A DNA stretch of 64,000 nucleotides from a bacterium. GTDB lineage: Bacteria; Hinthialibacterota; Hinthialibacteria; Hinthialibacterales; Hinthialibacteraceae. Where the stretch lies: assembly GCA_963662285.2 (NCBI GenBank), contig CAXXMV010000002.1:1504001-1568000 (forward strand), in the 5' to 3' direction. The notes below the pieces were generated by a model. It was not told the origin of the DNA. It saw nothing but the letters and a program-made list of their open reading frames with translations, and did not search any database. Positions 62,690 to 64,000 of the stretch are shown in pieces (the first letter of the stretch is position 1; each line of letters begins with the position of its first letter). A program made the position numbers and the translations under genes.

Positions 62690-63655
62690 CTAGTGAATTT
62701 CCCAGTGATCCACGGAGGTTACCAGGTCTGAATCGATTCCGGTTGCGAAGCCCATGCGATAAGCGCCGGTTGTTTCATGCTTCCCGGAACGCCACATTTT
62801 GAATTGTCCATTGCCATCATACACAACGCTGGGATGGTAGTTGCGATTACCGTTCCATGAATCGATTGGTCCGGCGCCGCCTACTACCCCGACCGGGTCT
62901 TCAATCACATCAAATTCTAATCCATCGGTAGAGCGCAGATATTGAATACCGGGAACATCATAAGCCCGGAAACCCCAGGCCCGGTAATCATTCTCGCTAA
63001 TCTGTATAACAGCGGTAATGTGTAGTCCATCATAGAAAACGGCGAAGTCGTACCATTGCCATGTGATTCCATCGTTAGATTCCATGATGGATGTCTCGGT
63101 TCCTGTTTTTACAAACATGCGGTATGGCGCCCCAGGGAAATCAGGGTTGTATAAAACTGCATGTCCGTCGGGAGAACTGAGAGATTGGCCTTCTTCGGTT
63201 GCGTCGGACATATCAAGGGCCTGGTTGTTTTCCCAGGCGACGCCGTCTTTGGATTCAGCAAATCTGACATGATCGCCCAAGTCGCCCCCACGTCCAAAAA
63301 AGTAGGCTTTGTATGGTGATTCCCAGCCAGTATTGTACAAAATGAAACCACGGCCTACTTGAAATTCTTCGAATTTAATGCCGGTGGTCAATGTCTCATT
63401 GACCCAGTTGACGCCGTCATCGGATTCAGCATAGGTGACCAAGTCAATGCTGCCCTGCTCGTACCATATCTGATATTTCTGCAAATCCGGATTCCAGATG
63501 ATATTCGCCATATACGAACGGTCGCCATCCGGCATGGGCATGTCCAGAGGATTGTCGGGATAATCGGTCCATACGATTTCGGCCTGTGATGGACAGATGT
63601 ATAATAGCGATAAACCTAATACAGCGATTCCTAAGACAAAACATTTTTTAATCAT
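62690..63655 (-). CDS. Secreted five-bladed beta-propeller (GH32/43/130-like) with C-terminal motif TSVDHWEIH
   Basis: AGGAGG RBS, signal peptide, repeats AESDDGVNW, AESKDGVAW, ESNDGITW, RSTDGLEF. Confidence 0.8.
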   Translation of the reverse strand: MIKKCFVLGIAVLGLSLLYICPSQAEIVWTDYPDNPLDMPMPDGDRSYMANIIWNPDLQKYQIWYEQGSIDLVTYAESDDGVNWVNETLTTGIKFEEFQVGRGFILYNTGWESPYKAYFFGRGGDLGDHVRFAESKDGVAWENNQALDMSDATEEGQSLSSPDGHAVLYNPDFPGAPYRMFVKTGTETSIMESNDGITWQWYDFAVFYDGLHITAVIQISENDYRAWGFRAYDVPGIQYLRSTDGLEFDVIEDPVGVVGGAGPIDSWNGNRNYHPSVVYDGNGQFKMWRSGKHETTGAYRMGFATGIDSDLVTSVDHWEIH

Positions 63656-63798
63656 TGTGCATGTTCCTCCTGATGAATACAGAGTTTGAGATAAACGGAA
63701 TATTTCTACACGCTTTGTGTATGAATAAATCATTATCCCTCAAAAGGTTGCATCTTGTCAAACATGGCAAGGCATTATTTATTATTATTCGCAAAGAT

Positions 63799-64000
63799 TT
63801 ATTCTGGCGCCGATATGTCTACATCCCGAACCAAGCGAATACCCAGCCAATGATAACCATTGTTGGGACTGGTGAAATTGCGTCGACCAGACTGACACCA
63901 CTGAGCTTCTCCATTCCAGGGGCCTCCACGGAATATTATGGCGCCATCTTTTGCGGGGCCTTGTGGATCAACTTGAGGCTCGCTGCTATAAGGAGCGAAA
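63799..64000 (-). CDS. C-terminus of an FGE-sulfatase (SUMF1) domain protein, partial
   Basis: Manual translation ...DPQGP...IFRGGPWN...CQSGRR...LGIRLVR...*. Confidence 0.8.
   Translation of the reverse strand, partial: FAPYSSEPQVDPQGPAKDGAIIFRGGPWNGEAQWCQSGRRNFTSPNNGYHWLGIRLVRDVDISAPE

Overview
Bacterial chromosomal window of moderate GC with many secreted proteins. The gene style (DUF1559-like pseudopilin, PQQ-like propellers, sulfatase, CotH) suggests a PVC-related or candidate-phylum organism such as Hinthialibacterota/OLB16, which is inference only. Recognisable content: a decayed mobile patch (5' part of a group II intron, transposase remnants flanking a BlaI/BlaR1 pair), a LytS/LytTR pair, a five-gene terpene cyclase operon, a sulfatase, class II RNR nrdJ with tandem NrdR boxes, anmK, SulP, 6S RNA, rtcB (frameshifted), a GH57 branching enzyme, serC, a MATE transporter, a PhoR/PhoB-like pair and several REP/MITE families. 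Most interesting observations: (1) an orphan T4 gp19-like tail-tube protein carrying a Sec signal peptide, next to a secreted repeat protein; (2) a 9-residue extreme C-terminal motif shared by four unrelated secreted proteins, a candidate sorting signal; (3) a cyclase operon with DUF116-prenyl synthase, radical SAM and ferredoxin genes but no squalene synthase; (4) a group II intron whose EBS1 matches a dispersed hairpin repeat it has inserted into; (5) a sigma54-type promoter to terminator unit of about 500 nt with no credible ORF. All calls are by eye; no searches were run.
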